A DNA stretch of 64,000 nucleotides from Phycisphaerae bacterium (lineage in GTDB: Bacteria > Planctomycetota > Phycisphaerae > UBA1845 > Fen-1342): assembly GCA_963675745.2 (NCBI GenBank), contig CAXXWX010000007.1, forward strand, positions 64,001 to 128,000, given 5' to 3'. Each line of letters opens with the position of its first letter. The first letter of the stretch is position 1. A program made the position numbers and the translations under genes. The notes below the pieces were generated by a model. That model saw only the letters and a list, made by a program, of their open reading frames with translations. It was not told where the DNA came from and searched no databases. Below are positions 37,783-47,813 of this stretch, piece after piece.

Positions 37783-39196
37783 GTCTACCACGGCTTTCCA
37801 GCTCCGCCTCGTCGTCGGGCAAACACAGGTTCTCCAGCAGGATCAGCTCGGGCAACCCGCCGTTGATGACCTGCGTGGCGGCCTGGTAATTCTGTCGGCT
37901 CGTATCATGATTGGGTAGTGCGATCGCACATCCGATACCGGCGGCCCGCAAGGCGACAATCCCCGGCTCCGTGTCCTCGAGGCCCACGACGCAGGGATAC
38001 TGGCGGCGCGGGATGGAGATTTGAAACAACGCCAGGCTGTAGAGGTCGCGGTGTGGCTTGAGCCGCGTCTCACAGGCGTCGGACGCGCACACGAAGCCGT
38101 CAAACACCGCGCGATAGTCCGCCAGTTCGGCTGTCAGACGATCCCGGTGTTCCGCGGCCAGCGGCCAGTCGCTGATGCGTTCCTTGACGACCTCGATTAC
38201 CTCGCGCATGCACGCACGCGTCTCATACGCGATCGACGCCGTGACCAGGGCCAGCTTGGCGGGCTCGCTGCGGAAGTGCTCGGCGAGGCGGGTCAGGCGC
38301 GGGCGGCTGCGATCGACCTCGGCCGCGTCGTACCCCAAGCCTGTCAGGTGTGTGCGCAACTGCTCGTACAGGGCATCCACCTCGGGGCCGAGCCAGCCCT
38401 TGATCAGCGCCAGAAACACATCATAGCCCGGCATCGGCTCAATCAGTCGGCGGTTGCTCGCGCCGAGCAGCTCCGCGCTCAACGCCGCGCCGCGGCCGGC
38501 TTCGATTTCACGCATGATTGCATGGTAGCGGTAGTAGTAGATATCCAGCGCCGCGCCGACCAGCGCGCTCTCGTGCTCACAGTGAAACGACGCCCCATCA
38601 CGTTCAACCAGCGGCTTGACAAGCGTGCCGACGTTGTCGGCGGTTACGGACTGGCCTTGCGTCAGTTTGACAAACTCAGGGTCGCTCAGCAGCCGTCGCA
38701 GGCCCGCGTTGGTCGCGTTGAGCGTGATGTCGCGCCTGCGCTGAGGATCGTCCATACACGCCAGCGTCCAGCAGAGCGCCTCAAAATACGCCTGCGTGAA
38801 TTCCGCGTGGTCAATCGCCGAGCGATAACGCCGCACCAGAAACTCGGTGTGCCGGAAATTGCTGTTGCCGATCACGAAGGGGTGGTCTTCGATCGGTTCA
38901 AGCCCGGGCCACGTGTTGCGATCCACGCGATTTGTCAGACGCCGTACCATGTACTCCAAAGCGTGCAGCGCCAGCGGCTCCGTCGTGGTGCTCGTGCCGT
39001 CCATGTCAACGGCAAAGGCGACGATGCGCTCCAGCGGCATGGAGACGCGGGGGGCCAGCGGGTAAATTTCGTATGGCGCGTGGGCGTAATCCAGGTTGCG
39101 CACACGCGCGAATTCGGTGGCTCCCAGCTTGGAAGCGGCTTCCGTCAGCGCGTCGCGCGCCTCGTCGATGTCGTGATATTGCACCAATTCAGACAT
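37775..39196 (-). CDS. HAD superfamily phosphatase/phosphomutase with very large cap insertion
   Basis: DMDGT, LVTAS, KPH..LY, GLEDT..GI.A..AAG; overlaps GH65 start. Confidence 0.82.
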   Translation of the reverse strand: MSELVQYHDIDEARDALTEAASKLGATEFARVRNLDYAHAPYEIYPLAPRVSMPLERIVAFAVDMDGTSTTTEPLALHALEYMVRRLTNRVDRNTWPGLEPIEDHPFVIGNSNFRHTEFLVRRYRSAIDHAEFTQAYFEALCWTLACMDDPQRRRDITLNATNAGLRRLLSDPEFVKLTQGQSVTADNVGTLVKPLVERDGASFHCEHESALVGAALDIYYYRYHAIMREIEAGRGAALSAELLGASNRRLIEPMPGYDVFLALIKGWLGPEVDALYEQLRTHLTGLGYDAAEVDRSRPRLTRLAEHFRSEPAKLALVTASIAYETRACMREVIEVVKERISDWPLAAEHRDRLTAELADYRAVFDGFVCASDACETRLKPHRDLYSLALFQISIPRRQYPCVVGLEDTEPGIVALRAAGIGCAIALPNHDTSRQNYQAATQVINGGLPELILLENLCLPDDEAELESRGRHD

Positions 39197-39236
39197 TTAT
39201 GCGGCCAATCCTGGTTGGGGGAATCTCGTTGTCGTG

Positions 39237-40184
39237 CTAGCTCGCGTTCGTGTGCGGCAGGTCGGCGAAGAACGCCGCCTCGCGGTCGCGTGCCTGGCGG
39301 ATGATCGCCGGCATATCCACCGGGGCGTCCTGACGCGGACCGCCCCGGGTTGGCAGGTCGGCCAGATATCCCGCCACGTCTTCACACGTCGCGGCCCAGC
39401 GTTGCGCCGTTGGCCTTGACGCGGTTGTCAGCTTCGGCTCAATGCGGCGCAGCCAGGCACCCATGTGACGGCGTGCGGAATGCGCGCATGACGCCAGCAC
39501 GCGGGTGTCAGCTTCGGGCTCGGCTGATTCGGCCACCTCTGCCCACGCGTCGTACGCTTGGTATCCAAACAGAGCGTCGAACATCGCGGCGTACGCACCG
39601 TTCCATGATCGCGTGGCCACTTGCAAGGCATGGTTGAACAGCCTGTCCGCAGTCAAAGCGCCAATGGCCATGGTGTTGATATCCTCGACCACGTAAACCT
39701 GCCAGGCCGGGCCGCCGAGTTCGATGAGCCTGTCCGCATGGCCGACGGTCTTGCCAAAAAGCCCGCCGTGGTCGGCCTTTGTGATCACTCCCCACTCGCG
39801 CTCGGCCGGCGTCGGCCAACCGCGCCAGGCGAGGCAAACTTGCCGCGCTTCCAACGCCCGCACCATCAGTGGTGCATAGCTGTCCCGAAAGTGCATCTCG
39901 AATTCGGCTGAGCTTTCAAGCCCGATGGTGGCTGCGGTGGGGTGCAGCTCGCGCAGGCGAAGACCAAATAGCTCGGCGGTCGCTGGCAGTGCCACATCGC
40001 GCGCGTGCGCCGGCCACTCGATCACCGGTTGACCCGCCAGCGCGACGGTTGCGGTGCCCAGTGCGAGCGTTCCGAGCAATTCGTCATATGCAGCTTCGCT
40101 GTCGCGAGTCGCCAGCAGTGCGCGCAGCGCAATTGCCAGCGACTCGTGCTCATCCGGTCCTTGAATCCACTTCAGATCCGCCAC
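39237..40184 (-). CDS. Hypothetical protein
   Basis: 315-aa ORF with GGAGG RBS, co-oriented and closely spaced with HAD and GH65 genes. Confidence 0.7.
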   Translation of the reverse strand: MADLKWIQGPDEHESLAIALRALLATRDSEAAYDELLGTLALGTATVALAGQPVIEWPAHARDVALPATAELFGLRLRELHPTAATIGLESSAEFEMHFRDSYAPLMVRALEARQVCLAWRGWPTPAEREWGVITKADHGGLFGKTVGHADRLIELGGPAWQVYVVEDINTMAIGALTADRLFNHALQVATRSWNGAYAAMFDALFGYQAYDAWAEVAESAEPEADTRVLASCAHSARRHMGAWLRRIEPKLTTASRPTAQRWAATCEDVAGYLADLPTRGGPRQDAPVDMPAIIRQARDREAAFFADLPHTNAS

Positions 40185-40354
40185 ACGCTCACCTCCGCAA
40201 AGCAGCCGCGCAGCCTACCACACTACGCAAGCGCGATCATCAGCTTATGCGCGATTGTCGCGATTCGGCACGAGCGTTGCTCCTACCCATATGGCCCTGC
40301 CGCAGCGTGCGTTTTGCAGGGCACTTATAAGTGTCATCGCGAGCGGAGCTTACG

Positions 40355-40645
40355 ATGAAAAAGACGCAATCGTCAGTGGTCGGAATCGGACGAAGATGCA
40401 GCACAATCTGCCGAGCGGGCGCAATGGCTGCGGTCGCGGGCATCTGTCTCGCCTGTGTCGGCGGCTGCCCGGATGCAGGTCCGGAGCTAGAGAAGGACTT
40501 CCGTGCCGCCGCCGCCGGTACCATGGAGGCCGGTCTGAAGCAGATCGCCGACGGCTGGATCTCTGGCATGTTCGCCATCTTCGAGCCGGAAGACAGCACG
40601 GGCGACACATCGACCACGTCAACGGCGTCTGAAACGACGGAATGA
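40355..40645 (+). CDS. Small putative lipoprotein
   Basis: GGAG RBS, hydrophobic stretch with VGGC lipobox, Thr/Ser-rich tail. Confidence 0.6.
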   Translation: MKKTQSSVVGIGRRCSTICRAGAMAAVAGICLACVGGCPDAGPELEKDFRAAAAGTMEAGLKQIADGWISGMFAIFEPEDSTGDTSTTSTASETTE

Positions 40646-41085
40646 GGTCGCGACCGGCCCACATTCGCCTCAAAATCGAGCACTAATGCGACCTCAGCCG
40701 CGTATGCGGTATGCTCATGTCGCGTAGTACTTGCCTTGGTTCCTCCTGGTGAATCAGGCGTGATTGTGGCGCGTTGTGGTCGGGGGCCGCAATAAAGCTC
40801 TATTATGTGGCGTTTGCGGGTGCCCTCTGTCCTGGATTCGCTGTCTGGCGTGCTTCGTGGCGTAGGTGCCGCTGCCTATACGCCATAGTCGAGTGATTTA
40901 TCGGGGTTTCTTCGTCGGCTATCAAATGGCCGATGCATCCCGATGGCCGCCCTGCGCGCGTTTCACAATCGATGGAATCCATGCGCTCATCACCTCGTGC
41001 CATTTGACCATCACTGCCTCTGGCGGAAGAATAGCCGACTCACCACGCCGTCGTGGTGGAGCGACCTTGATGCCCGAGGATAGCG

Positions 41086-41919
41086 GTGATGCGGATTCGA
41101 CTGGCCCACAGCCCCGACCCGGATGATGCGTTCATGTTCTACGGCCTCGCCTGCGGTGCCGTTGACCCGGGGCCGTATGAGTTTGAGCACGTCCTTGAAG
41201 ATATCCAGACGTTGAACGACCGGGCGACGCGCGGCGAGTACGAGGTCACCGCTATCAGCATTCACGCGTATCCGCACGTCGCTGACAAATACCGCCTGAC
41301 CTCGTGCGGTAGCAGCATGGGGGACAACTACGGCCCCATGATCGTCACGCGCGAAGCGATGACGATCGAGGCACTGAGAGGACGGACGATCGCCGTACCC
41401 GGTCTGATGACCACGGCGTACCTGACGCTGCAACTGTTGCTGGGCAAGGGCGCATTTGAGCCGAAGGTCGTGATGTTCGACGAGATCCCGGACGCCGTCG
41501 TGGCCGGAGAGGTGGACGCCGGGCTGCTCATTCACGAGGGGCAACTCACGTATCAAAAACACGGGCTGCACCTGGTGGTGGATCTGGGGCAATGGTGGAT
41601 GGAGCGCACCGGCCTGCCGCTACCGCTGGGCGGCAACGTTGTACGGCGTGATCTCGGCGAGGAGCACTGTCGCGAGATTACACGCCTGGTGCGCGAGACA
41701 ATTCAATACGGGCTCGCAAACCGTGCGAAGGCTGTCGAGTACGCCCTGCAATTCGGCCGCGGGCTTGACACGGGCCTGGCTGACCGTTTTGTGGGGATGT
41801 ACGTGAACGATTGGACCGTTGATTACGGCCCGCGCGGACGTGAGGCGGTCCAACGGCTGTTGAGCGAAGGCGCCGCCGCCGGTCTTGTCCCGGACCCCGG
41901 CACGATTGACTTTCTCTAG
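41086..41919 (+). CDS. mqnD: 1,4-dihydroxy-6-naphthoate synthase (futalosine pathway)
   Basis: HSPDPDDAFMFY, DIQTLN, G.SMG..YGP, IHEGQLTY, GLPLPLGG, MYVN. Confidence 0.92.
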   Translation: MMRIRLAHSPDPDDAFMFYGLACGAVDPGPYEFEHVLEDIQTLNDRATRGEYEVTAISIHAYPHVADKYRLTSCGSSMGDNYGPMIVTREAMTIEALRGRTIAVPGLMTTAYLTLQLLLGKGAFEPKVVMFDEIPDAVVAGEVDAGLLIHEGQLTYQKHGLHLVVDLGQWWMERTGLPLPLGGNVVRRDLGEEHCREITRLVRETIQYGLANRAKAVEYALQFGRGLDTGLADRFVGMYVNDWTVDYGPRGREAVQRLLSEGAAAGLVPDPGTIDFL

Positions 41920-42093
41920 CGCGTTCTCGGCGACGTCGTATTTGCAGTGTCCCACGGCCGGCGAGGCGCCGGCCGTTACATTGGCCTGGCGGGCGACAGC
42001 ACGGCCATACGCCGTGGATGACTGCCGTGCCGGGCCGAGGCGAGCCGCGTTGTCACAAGACGCGTGGGAGCATACGTGGTATAAGCACCGTCC

Positions 42094-44151
42094 ATGAGCC
42101 AGCCGTTGCTGAGTACCGTAAAACGTTGCCACGCGCGATTGCGCGATGATGAACATGTGTACATGGTGCTCCTGGCCGCGATAGTGGGGGTGGGCGGCGG
42201 GTTTGCCGCGGTTGGGTTTCGCAAGCTCATCGGTGCCGGCCACGTCGTGGCCTGGACGCACAGTTGGCGCGAGCTCGACTATTCGCTTGACTTCATCCGC
42301 TCACTGCCGTGGTGGTGGACGGTTTCCGTGCCCGCGATTGGGGGACTGCTCTGCGCGCTGATCGTGTACTACTTCGCGCGCGAAGCCAAGGGCCACGGCG
42401 TGCCGGAGGTAATGGAAGCCGTAGCGCTGCGCTCCGGCCGCATTCGCCCGCGCGTCGTATTGGCCAAGATGTTCGCATCGGCGATCAGCATTTCCTCGGG
42501 CGGGTCAGTCGGGCGTGAGGGCCCGATTGTGCAGATCGGGGCGGCGTTCGGCTCAACGGTCGGGCAGTGGCTGGGGCTCGACGAACGCCGCATGCGCACG
42601 CTGGTTGGTTGCGGCGCGGCGGCGGGAATCGCGGCCACATTCAACGCCCCGGTGGCGGGGGCTCTCTTCGCGGTCGAGATCATTCTGGCCGACTTCGCCG
42701 TCTTGCAGTTTTCGCCGATCGTGATTTCGTCGGTCATAGCAACCGTAATCGGTCGTGTTTATCTGGAGAGCACGCCGGCGTTCAAGGTCTCCGAACACCT
42801 CTACAAGTTGGAGAGTGGGAGCGAACTTTTCGCCTACGCCGTCCTCGGCATCATCGCCGGCCTGGTTGCCCTGTTATTCGTCAAGGTACTGTACCGCAGT
42901 GAAGATCTCTGGGATGCGATTCCCGTGTGGCCGCCCGCGAGGGCCCTGATGGGCGGCGCCATTGTCGGTGTGATCGCCCTGTGGTATCCGCAGATCTTCG
43001 GCGTTGGGTATGAGGGAATTCGCGAGGCGCTGGCGGGTCAGATCGGGTGGCAGTTGCTCGCCTCGCTCGTTCTGATCAAGATCGTGGCGGTCAGCATAAC
43101 AATCGGCTCCGGCGGATCAGGTGGTGTGTTTGCGCCGTCGCTCTTCATCGGCGCCATGACCGGCGGGGCGGTCGGCACCGCCGTCAACGCGATCTGGCCG
43201 GCGGCCACCGCGGGGCCGGGAACGTACGCCCTGGTGGGCATGGTGGCGGTCGTCGGCGCCACGACGCACGCCCCGATTACCGCGATCGTGATCATCTTCG
43301 AACTCACCGACGACTACGCGATCATGCTGCCGCTGATGATAAGCTGCATACTGGCCACGCTCGTGGCCATGCGCCTCCAGCGGGCCTCGATCTACACAAA
43401 GAAGCTGCTGCGCCGCGGTGTGGACATTCACAAAGGACAGGATGTGAACGTGGTGCGGCATCTGCTCGTGCGTGACCAGATGCGCACGGATGCCGCCACC
43501 GTGCCGCCGGGCGCCACCATGATGGAGACAGTGGCCGCACTGGTGCGCCACCCGGGGGCGACGCTGTTTGTGGTTGACGATGATCGGCGACTGCTGGGGA
43601 TCATCACCGCGCACCAGCGCCGAACCGTGCTCACCGACCCGCAGTCGTTCGAGGCCCTGCTGATCGCACAGGACATCATGCAGGAGACCGGCTTCCCGAG
43701 CGTTACGCCCGACGACACGCTCGCCGATGTGATGCGACGCCTGGCGCGCTATCGCGGCGAGGTTCCAGTCGTGGACAACGGCCGGCTGGTGGGAGTGATC
43801 TGGCCTGAGGACGTGCTCGAGCGCTACAACGTCGAGCTGATCAAGCGCGACATGGCCTCAGGGATGGCGTCCAGCATTTCCGGTGGCAGCCACGCCGCCC
43901 CGTTTACGGTGGCCGACAACACCAGCCTGATCGAGATCACGGTGCCGCGCGCGTTTGTCGGGCGCAGCGTGGGGTCGCTGGCGATCCGCAAGCGTTTTGA
44001 CGCGTCGATTCTGATGGTGCGACAGAAGGGGGCGGCCGGCGCCGAGGTGGTCAATGCGGTCCCGAGCGCCGACTACGTGTTTCGGCACGATGACGTCATG
44101 CTGGTAATGGGGCCAAACGAGCAGTTGCGCCGGTTGGAGCACGGCGGCTGA
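42094..44151 (+). CDS. CLC chloride channel/antiporter with CBS pair and C-terminal TrkA-C domain
   Basis: GHGVPE, GREGP, FNAP.AG, GGVFAP, SIY; CBS repeats; VP..FVG.S...L.IR..F..SI. Confidence 0.93.
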   Translation: MSQPLLSTVKRCHARLRDDEHVYMVLLAAIVGVGGGFAAVGFRKLIGAGHVVAWTHSWRELDYSLDFIRSLPWWWTVSVPAIGGLLCALIVYYFAREAKGHGVPEVMEAVALRSGRIRPRVVLAKMFASAISISSGGSVGREGPIVQIGAAFGSTVGQWLGLDERRMRTLVGCGAAAGIAATFNAPVAGALFAVEIILADFAVLQFSPIVISSVIATVIGRVYLESTPAFKVSEHLYKLESGSELFAYAVLGIIAGLVALLFVKVLYRSEDLWDAIPVWPPARALMGGAIVGVIALWYPQIFGVGYEGIREALAGQIGWQLLASLVLIKIVAVSITIGSGGSGGVFAPSLFIGAMTGGAVGTAVNAIWPAATAGPGTYALVGMVAVVGATTHAPITAIVIIFELTDDYAIMLPLMISCILATLVAMRLQRASIYTKKLLRRGVDIHKGQDVNVVRHLLVRDQMRTDAATVPPGATMMETVAALVRHPGATLFVVDDDRRLLGIITAHQRRTVLTDPQSFEALLIAQDIMQETGFPSVTPDDTLADVMRRLARYRGEVPVVDNGRLVGVIWPEDVLERYNVELIKRDMASGMASSISGGSHAAPFTVADNTSLIEITVPRAFVGRSVGSLAIRKRFDASILMVRQKGAAGAEVVNAVPSADYVFRHDDVMLVMGPNEQLRRLEHGG

Positions 44152-44200
44152 TCACGACGCTCCTTCGCACGCGCGGACGGTCGCTCACCGGCGACGTATG

Positions 44201-44449
44201 TCAGCGCAACGCCGTCCCCCACCGATGCGTGTAGGCCTCGTCGTTAATGATGGCCAGGTATCCCTCGCTGTCCACGTCGACAGCATAGACCGCGTCGGCG
44301 ATGCCCTGGTGTGCGAAATAGAGGTTTAGCGCGGCGAGCATCTGGGCTTCGTTCGCGCCTTCCATAAGATCCAGATCTACCACACGCAGCTCGGTATAGT
44401 CCAAGCCTACTCGCGGAACGCAGCGAAATGTGGTGACTGTCTTCTTCAT
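44201..44449 (-). CDS. Small hypothetical protein
   Basis: 82-aa ORF from ATG 44449; upstream TCGAAT-N17-TATAAT on minus strand (44490..44518). Confidence 0.6.
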   Translation of the reverse strand: MKKTVTTFRCVPRVGLDYTELRVVDLDLMEGANEAQMLAALNLYFAHQGIADAVYAVDVDSEGYLAIINDEAYTHRWGTALR

Positions 44450-44627
44450 CCTACCAATCCTCAACACTACAACCTCGCCCGGTCATCGCATTATAGGCGG
44501 CGGTCGCAACGCATTCGACCACAAATCAATACGTCTCCGACAGGTGTGTGGTTTGTATAACGTTGCGCAGAATTTCGGACCTCGCAAAACCGAGCCGGAC
44601 ACTTGGGGGGGCCGCACATAAACAGGT

Positions 44628-45755
44628 TCAGTGAGTTGGCAGCGCCTCGACCAGTTGTCCGATCTCGTCGGCCGTGTTGTAAAAGTGCGGGCTCACACGC
44701 AGTCTCCCGAAACGATGCGCGACGATGATCCGAAATTCGTCACGCAGGTGTTTCTTGAGTGCGACGGTGTCGTGGCGCTCGGATCCGAACGACACAATCC
44801 CGCTCCATTCGCTCGAGGTCCGCGGACTGTACAGACGCCAGCCGCGCTGGCGCAGACCCTCAACAAGCTGGTCGGTCAGCGCCTTCACGCGCACCTGAAT
44901 CTGATCGACGCCGGCTTCGAGCAATAACTCGATCGACGCGCCCAGCGCGCAAATCCCCGCCAGGTTATACACCCCGCTGTCGAACCGCCGCGCGTCGTGG
45001 TGGAGATCAATCTTGCGGATCGGCTCGGTGAAGCTGTGCCGCATGCACAGATAGCCCGGTTCGGTGGGACGCAGATGCTCGATCAGCTCGCGGCGACAGT
45101 AGAAGATCCCGGCGCCTTCTGGGCCGCAAAGCCACTTGTGGCCGTCGGCGGCTAGAAAGTCGATGTTCATCGCTTCCACGTCGATCGGATGCACACCCAA
45201 TGCCTGGATTGCATCCACGACCAGCAAAACGCCTTTCTCCTTACACAGTTCGCCCAGTCGCGTCAGGTCAACGCGAAAGCCGTTGGTCCACTGCACCGCG
45301 GATATGGCCATGATGCGCGTGCGACGGTCAATGGCGCCCGCGAGGCGGTCAAACGGAATGCGACCTTCTTCCTCCTCGACCTGCTTCACCATGACGCCGC
45401 GCTGCTCGAGCGCCATCCACGGATAGGCATTCGCCGGAAACTCCATGGTGTTGATGATGACGTTGTCGCCGCGCGCCCATTGCACGCCGTTGGCAACGTA
45501 ATTGATGCCCTCCGACGTGTTCTTGACGAAGGTGACCTCGAGCGGGTCGGCGTTGATCAACTTCGCGGCGACCTGGCGAACGTTTTCGGCCGTACGGAAG
45601 TATGTGCCCTTCAGGTAGGCGGCCTCGCACATCTCGCGGGCATAACCGGCCAGTGCGTCGGCGGCCGGTTTGGACAGCGGCGCAATGGCGGCGTGGTTGA
45701 GGAAGTTGTACTGCCGCGTGATCGGAAACTGTTCTCGGATGGTCTCGATCGTCAT
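44628..45755 (-). CDS. Class V PLP-dependent aminotransferase (cysteine desulfurase/kynureninase-like)
   Basis: FLNHAA, F..NTSEG, VDAIQ.LG, DGHKWL.GP.G.G, RVSPHFYNT. Confidence 0.9.
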   Translation of the reverse strand: MTIETIREQFPITRQYNFLNHAAIAPLSKPAADALAGYAREMCEAAYLKGTYFRTAENVRQVAAKLINADPLEVTFVKNTSEGINYVANGVQWARGDNVIINTMEFPANAYPWMALEQRGVMVKQVEEEEGRIPFDRLAGAIDRRTRIMAISAVQWTNGFRVDLTRLGELCKEKGVLLVVDAIQALGVHPIDVEAMNIDFLAADGHKWLCGPEGAGIFYCRRELIEHLRPTEPGYLCMRHSFTEPIRKIDLHHDARRFDSGVYNLAGICALGASIELLLEAGVDQIQVRVKALTDQLVEGLRQRGWRLYSPRTSSEWSGIVSFGSERHDTVALKKHLRDEFRIIVAHRFGRLRVSPHFYNTADEIGQLVEALPTH

Positions 45756-46087
45756 CGGACTCGTCCCTTATGTCAGCCGCGCTGCCGGCGCCCAATTGTA
45801 GGCGACCGTGCGACGCGGTGTGGCCAAAGCGCCCGGCCATTACGCTTAGGACCGGCGTTTGCCCGCGGCTAGGTGTTTTCACCCATCAGTGGCGCCCTCG
45901 ATGCATACATTATCGGCGGTTCGCGCATGGCCGCTGATATGCAATACGCGAATTGTCGGATGAGGTTCACGTGCGAGGCAAGCGGTTTGCCATCGCCAGT
46001 AGCGGTCGGATAATATTCGGGTTTCACAGACGAATAGATCGGGCACCACCGCCCCGATGGCGGCTCCGCCGCATGAAGGACAATATC

Positions 46088-47422
46088 ATGGATGACCTCA
46101 CGCCACGGCAAATCGTGGCGGCACTCGATCGCCACATTGTCGGACAGGACGCCGCCAAGCGCGCCGTTGCCATCGCCATTCGCAACCGCTGGCGCCGCTT
46201 GCAGTTGCCTTCTGATATCAGCGAAGATGTCTATCCAAAGAACATCCTGATGATGGGACCGACCGGCGTCGGAAAAACCGAGATAGCCCGGCGTCTGGCG
46301 CAGCTCACCAAGGCCCCCTTCGTGAAGGTCGAGGCCACCAAATTCACCGAAGTCGGCTATCACGGCCGCGACGTCGACAGCATCATTCGCGACCTGGTGG
46401 AACGAGCCGTCGGTCTCGAACGTGTCGAGTTGGCGGAGAGAGTTCGCGAGCGCGCGGCGATCATCGCCGAGGACCGCATCCTCGATCAATTTCTGCCGGC
46501 CGGGGAAGCGCCGGCCGCTGATCCCGAGCAGGTCGAGCGCCGGCAGCGCACGCGTGAAAAGCTGCGCTCGCAATTGCGCGCCGGGGGCCTGGCCGAGCGG
46601 ACGGTCGATGTGCGCATCGACGAGCGCGCGGTTTCAGGACACGTGATGAATGCGATGGGGCTCGACCAGATGGGGCCGGAGTTCGAGCAGTTCATGGATC
46701 GCGTGATCCCGCGGCAGACGCGCCGCCAACGGCTCCCGGTACCGGACGCACTGGAGTTCATCACCCAGCAGGAAATCGACCGCCTGATTGACCAGGACGC
46801 GCTCCACCAGGACGCCATTCGCCGTTGTGAGCAGGGCGGTATCGTCTTCCTTGACGAGCTCGACAAGATCTGCGGCGGTGCGCTCGACGAGTTTGGCCCG
46901 GACGTGTCGCGTAGCGGCGTGCAGCGTGACCTGCTGCCGCTGGTGGAGGGAACCGCGATCAGCACACGCTATGGCATGGTGCACACGGACCACATTCTGT
47001 TCATAGCCGCCGGGGCTTTCACCCAGGTGCGGCCGAGCGACCTGATGCCGGAATTGCAGGGTCGTTTTCCGATCCGCGTCGAACTTGGCGATCTGAGCGC
47101 TGAAGATTACGTCCGCATTCTGACCGAGCCCCAGAATTCGCTGATCAAACAGCAGGTGGCCCTGATGTGCGCCGAAGGCGTGACGCTGGCGTTCGCCGAC
47201 GACGCTATCAAAGAGATGGCGGAGATGGCTTATAAGGCCAACCAGATGCTCGAGAACATCGGTGCCCGCCGCCTGTACACCATCGTCGAGAAGACAGTCG
47301 AGGAGATCGCGTTTAACGCCTCGGACGCGGCCAACAAGGAAGTGACCGTGGATATCGACTACGTTCGCATGCGCTTGGCGGACATCCTCGAAGACGAAGA
47401 CCGCAGCCAGTTCGAGCTGTAG
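46088..47422 (+). CDS. hslU: ATP-dependent protease ATPase subunit HslU
   Basis: LTPRQIV..LD.HIVGQ, GPTGVGKTEIARRLA, EATKFTEVGY.GRDV, GVQRDLLP, ELQGRFPIRV, ENIGARRL. Confidence 0.96.
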   Translation: MDDLTPRQIVAALDRHIVGQDAAKRAVAIAIRNRWRRLQLPSDISEDVYPKNILMMGPTGVGKTEIARRLAQLTKAPFVKVEATKFTEVGYHGRDVDSIIRDLVERAVGLERVELAERVRERAAIIAEDRILDQFLPAGEAPAADPEQVERRQRTREKLRSQLRAGGLAERTVDVRIDERAVSGHVMNAMGLDQMGPEFEQFMDRVIPRQTRRQRLPVPDALEFITQQEIDRLIDQDALHQDAIRRCEQGGIVFLDELDKICGGALDEFGPDVSRSGVQRDLLPLVEGTAISTRYGMVHTDHILFIAAGAFTQVRPSDLMPELQGRFPIRVELGDLSAEDYVRILTEPQNSLIKQQVALMCAEGVTLAFADDAIKEMAEMAYKANQMLENIGARRLYTIVEKTVEEIAFNASDAANKEVTVDIDYVRMRLADILEDEDRSQFEL

Positions 47423-47469
47423 CCCCTGGCCCGCCGCGGTTGTGTAGCTTCTCAAAAATCCAGCATCAT

Positions 47470-47560
47470 GGGGGGGCGGGCGTCACGGGTGGGGCGGGCG
47501 TCACGCCCGCCGTACTTGGCCATCAGGCTGGAAATGGCGGGCGGGACGCCCGCCCCACCC
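47470..47560. repeat. REP-like palindrome pair (GGGCGGGCGTCACGCCCGCC / GGCGGGCGGGACGCCCGCCCC)
   Basis: Inverted hairpin pair with partial tandem duplication downstream of hslU. Confidence 0.75.
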
Positions 47561-47813
47561 TCCAAGTAAGATGCAAACAGCCCGAGAAAGTAGACTAGCG
47601 AGCCACGCCTCGTCGGGCGCTGCTGTGTCCGCCGTCCTGTTCTGTCCCGCACGGCAAACCGTGGGGCACCCACCCAAGCCGTGGGGCACCCATTGTTGAT
47701 CGACGCCGGCCGGTCGTTACAGAGAAGTTACAACTTCGCGGCCGTTTGTGCGTCAGACTTTCCACAGACAACTACATCTCTCAGGAACCTTGCGCTTCGG
47801 CCAGGAGGATTCG

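Noticed and set aside
40646..41085. Possible ncRNA or riboswitch in the AT-richer gap before mqnD
   Set aside because: No recognisable conserved motif or convincing structure by eye; a covariance-model search would be needed
42385..42415. His in place of Ser in the CLC GSGIP motif
   Set aside because: GHGVPE is a common prokaryotic CLC variant and the gating Glu is intact
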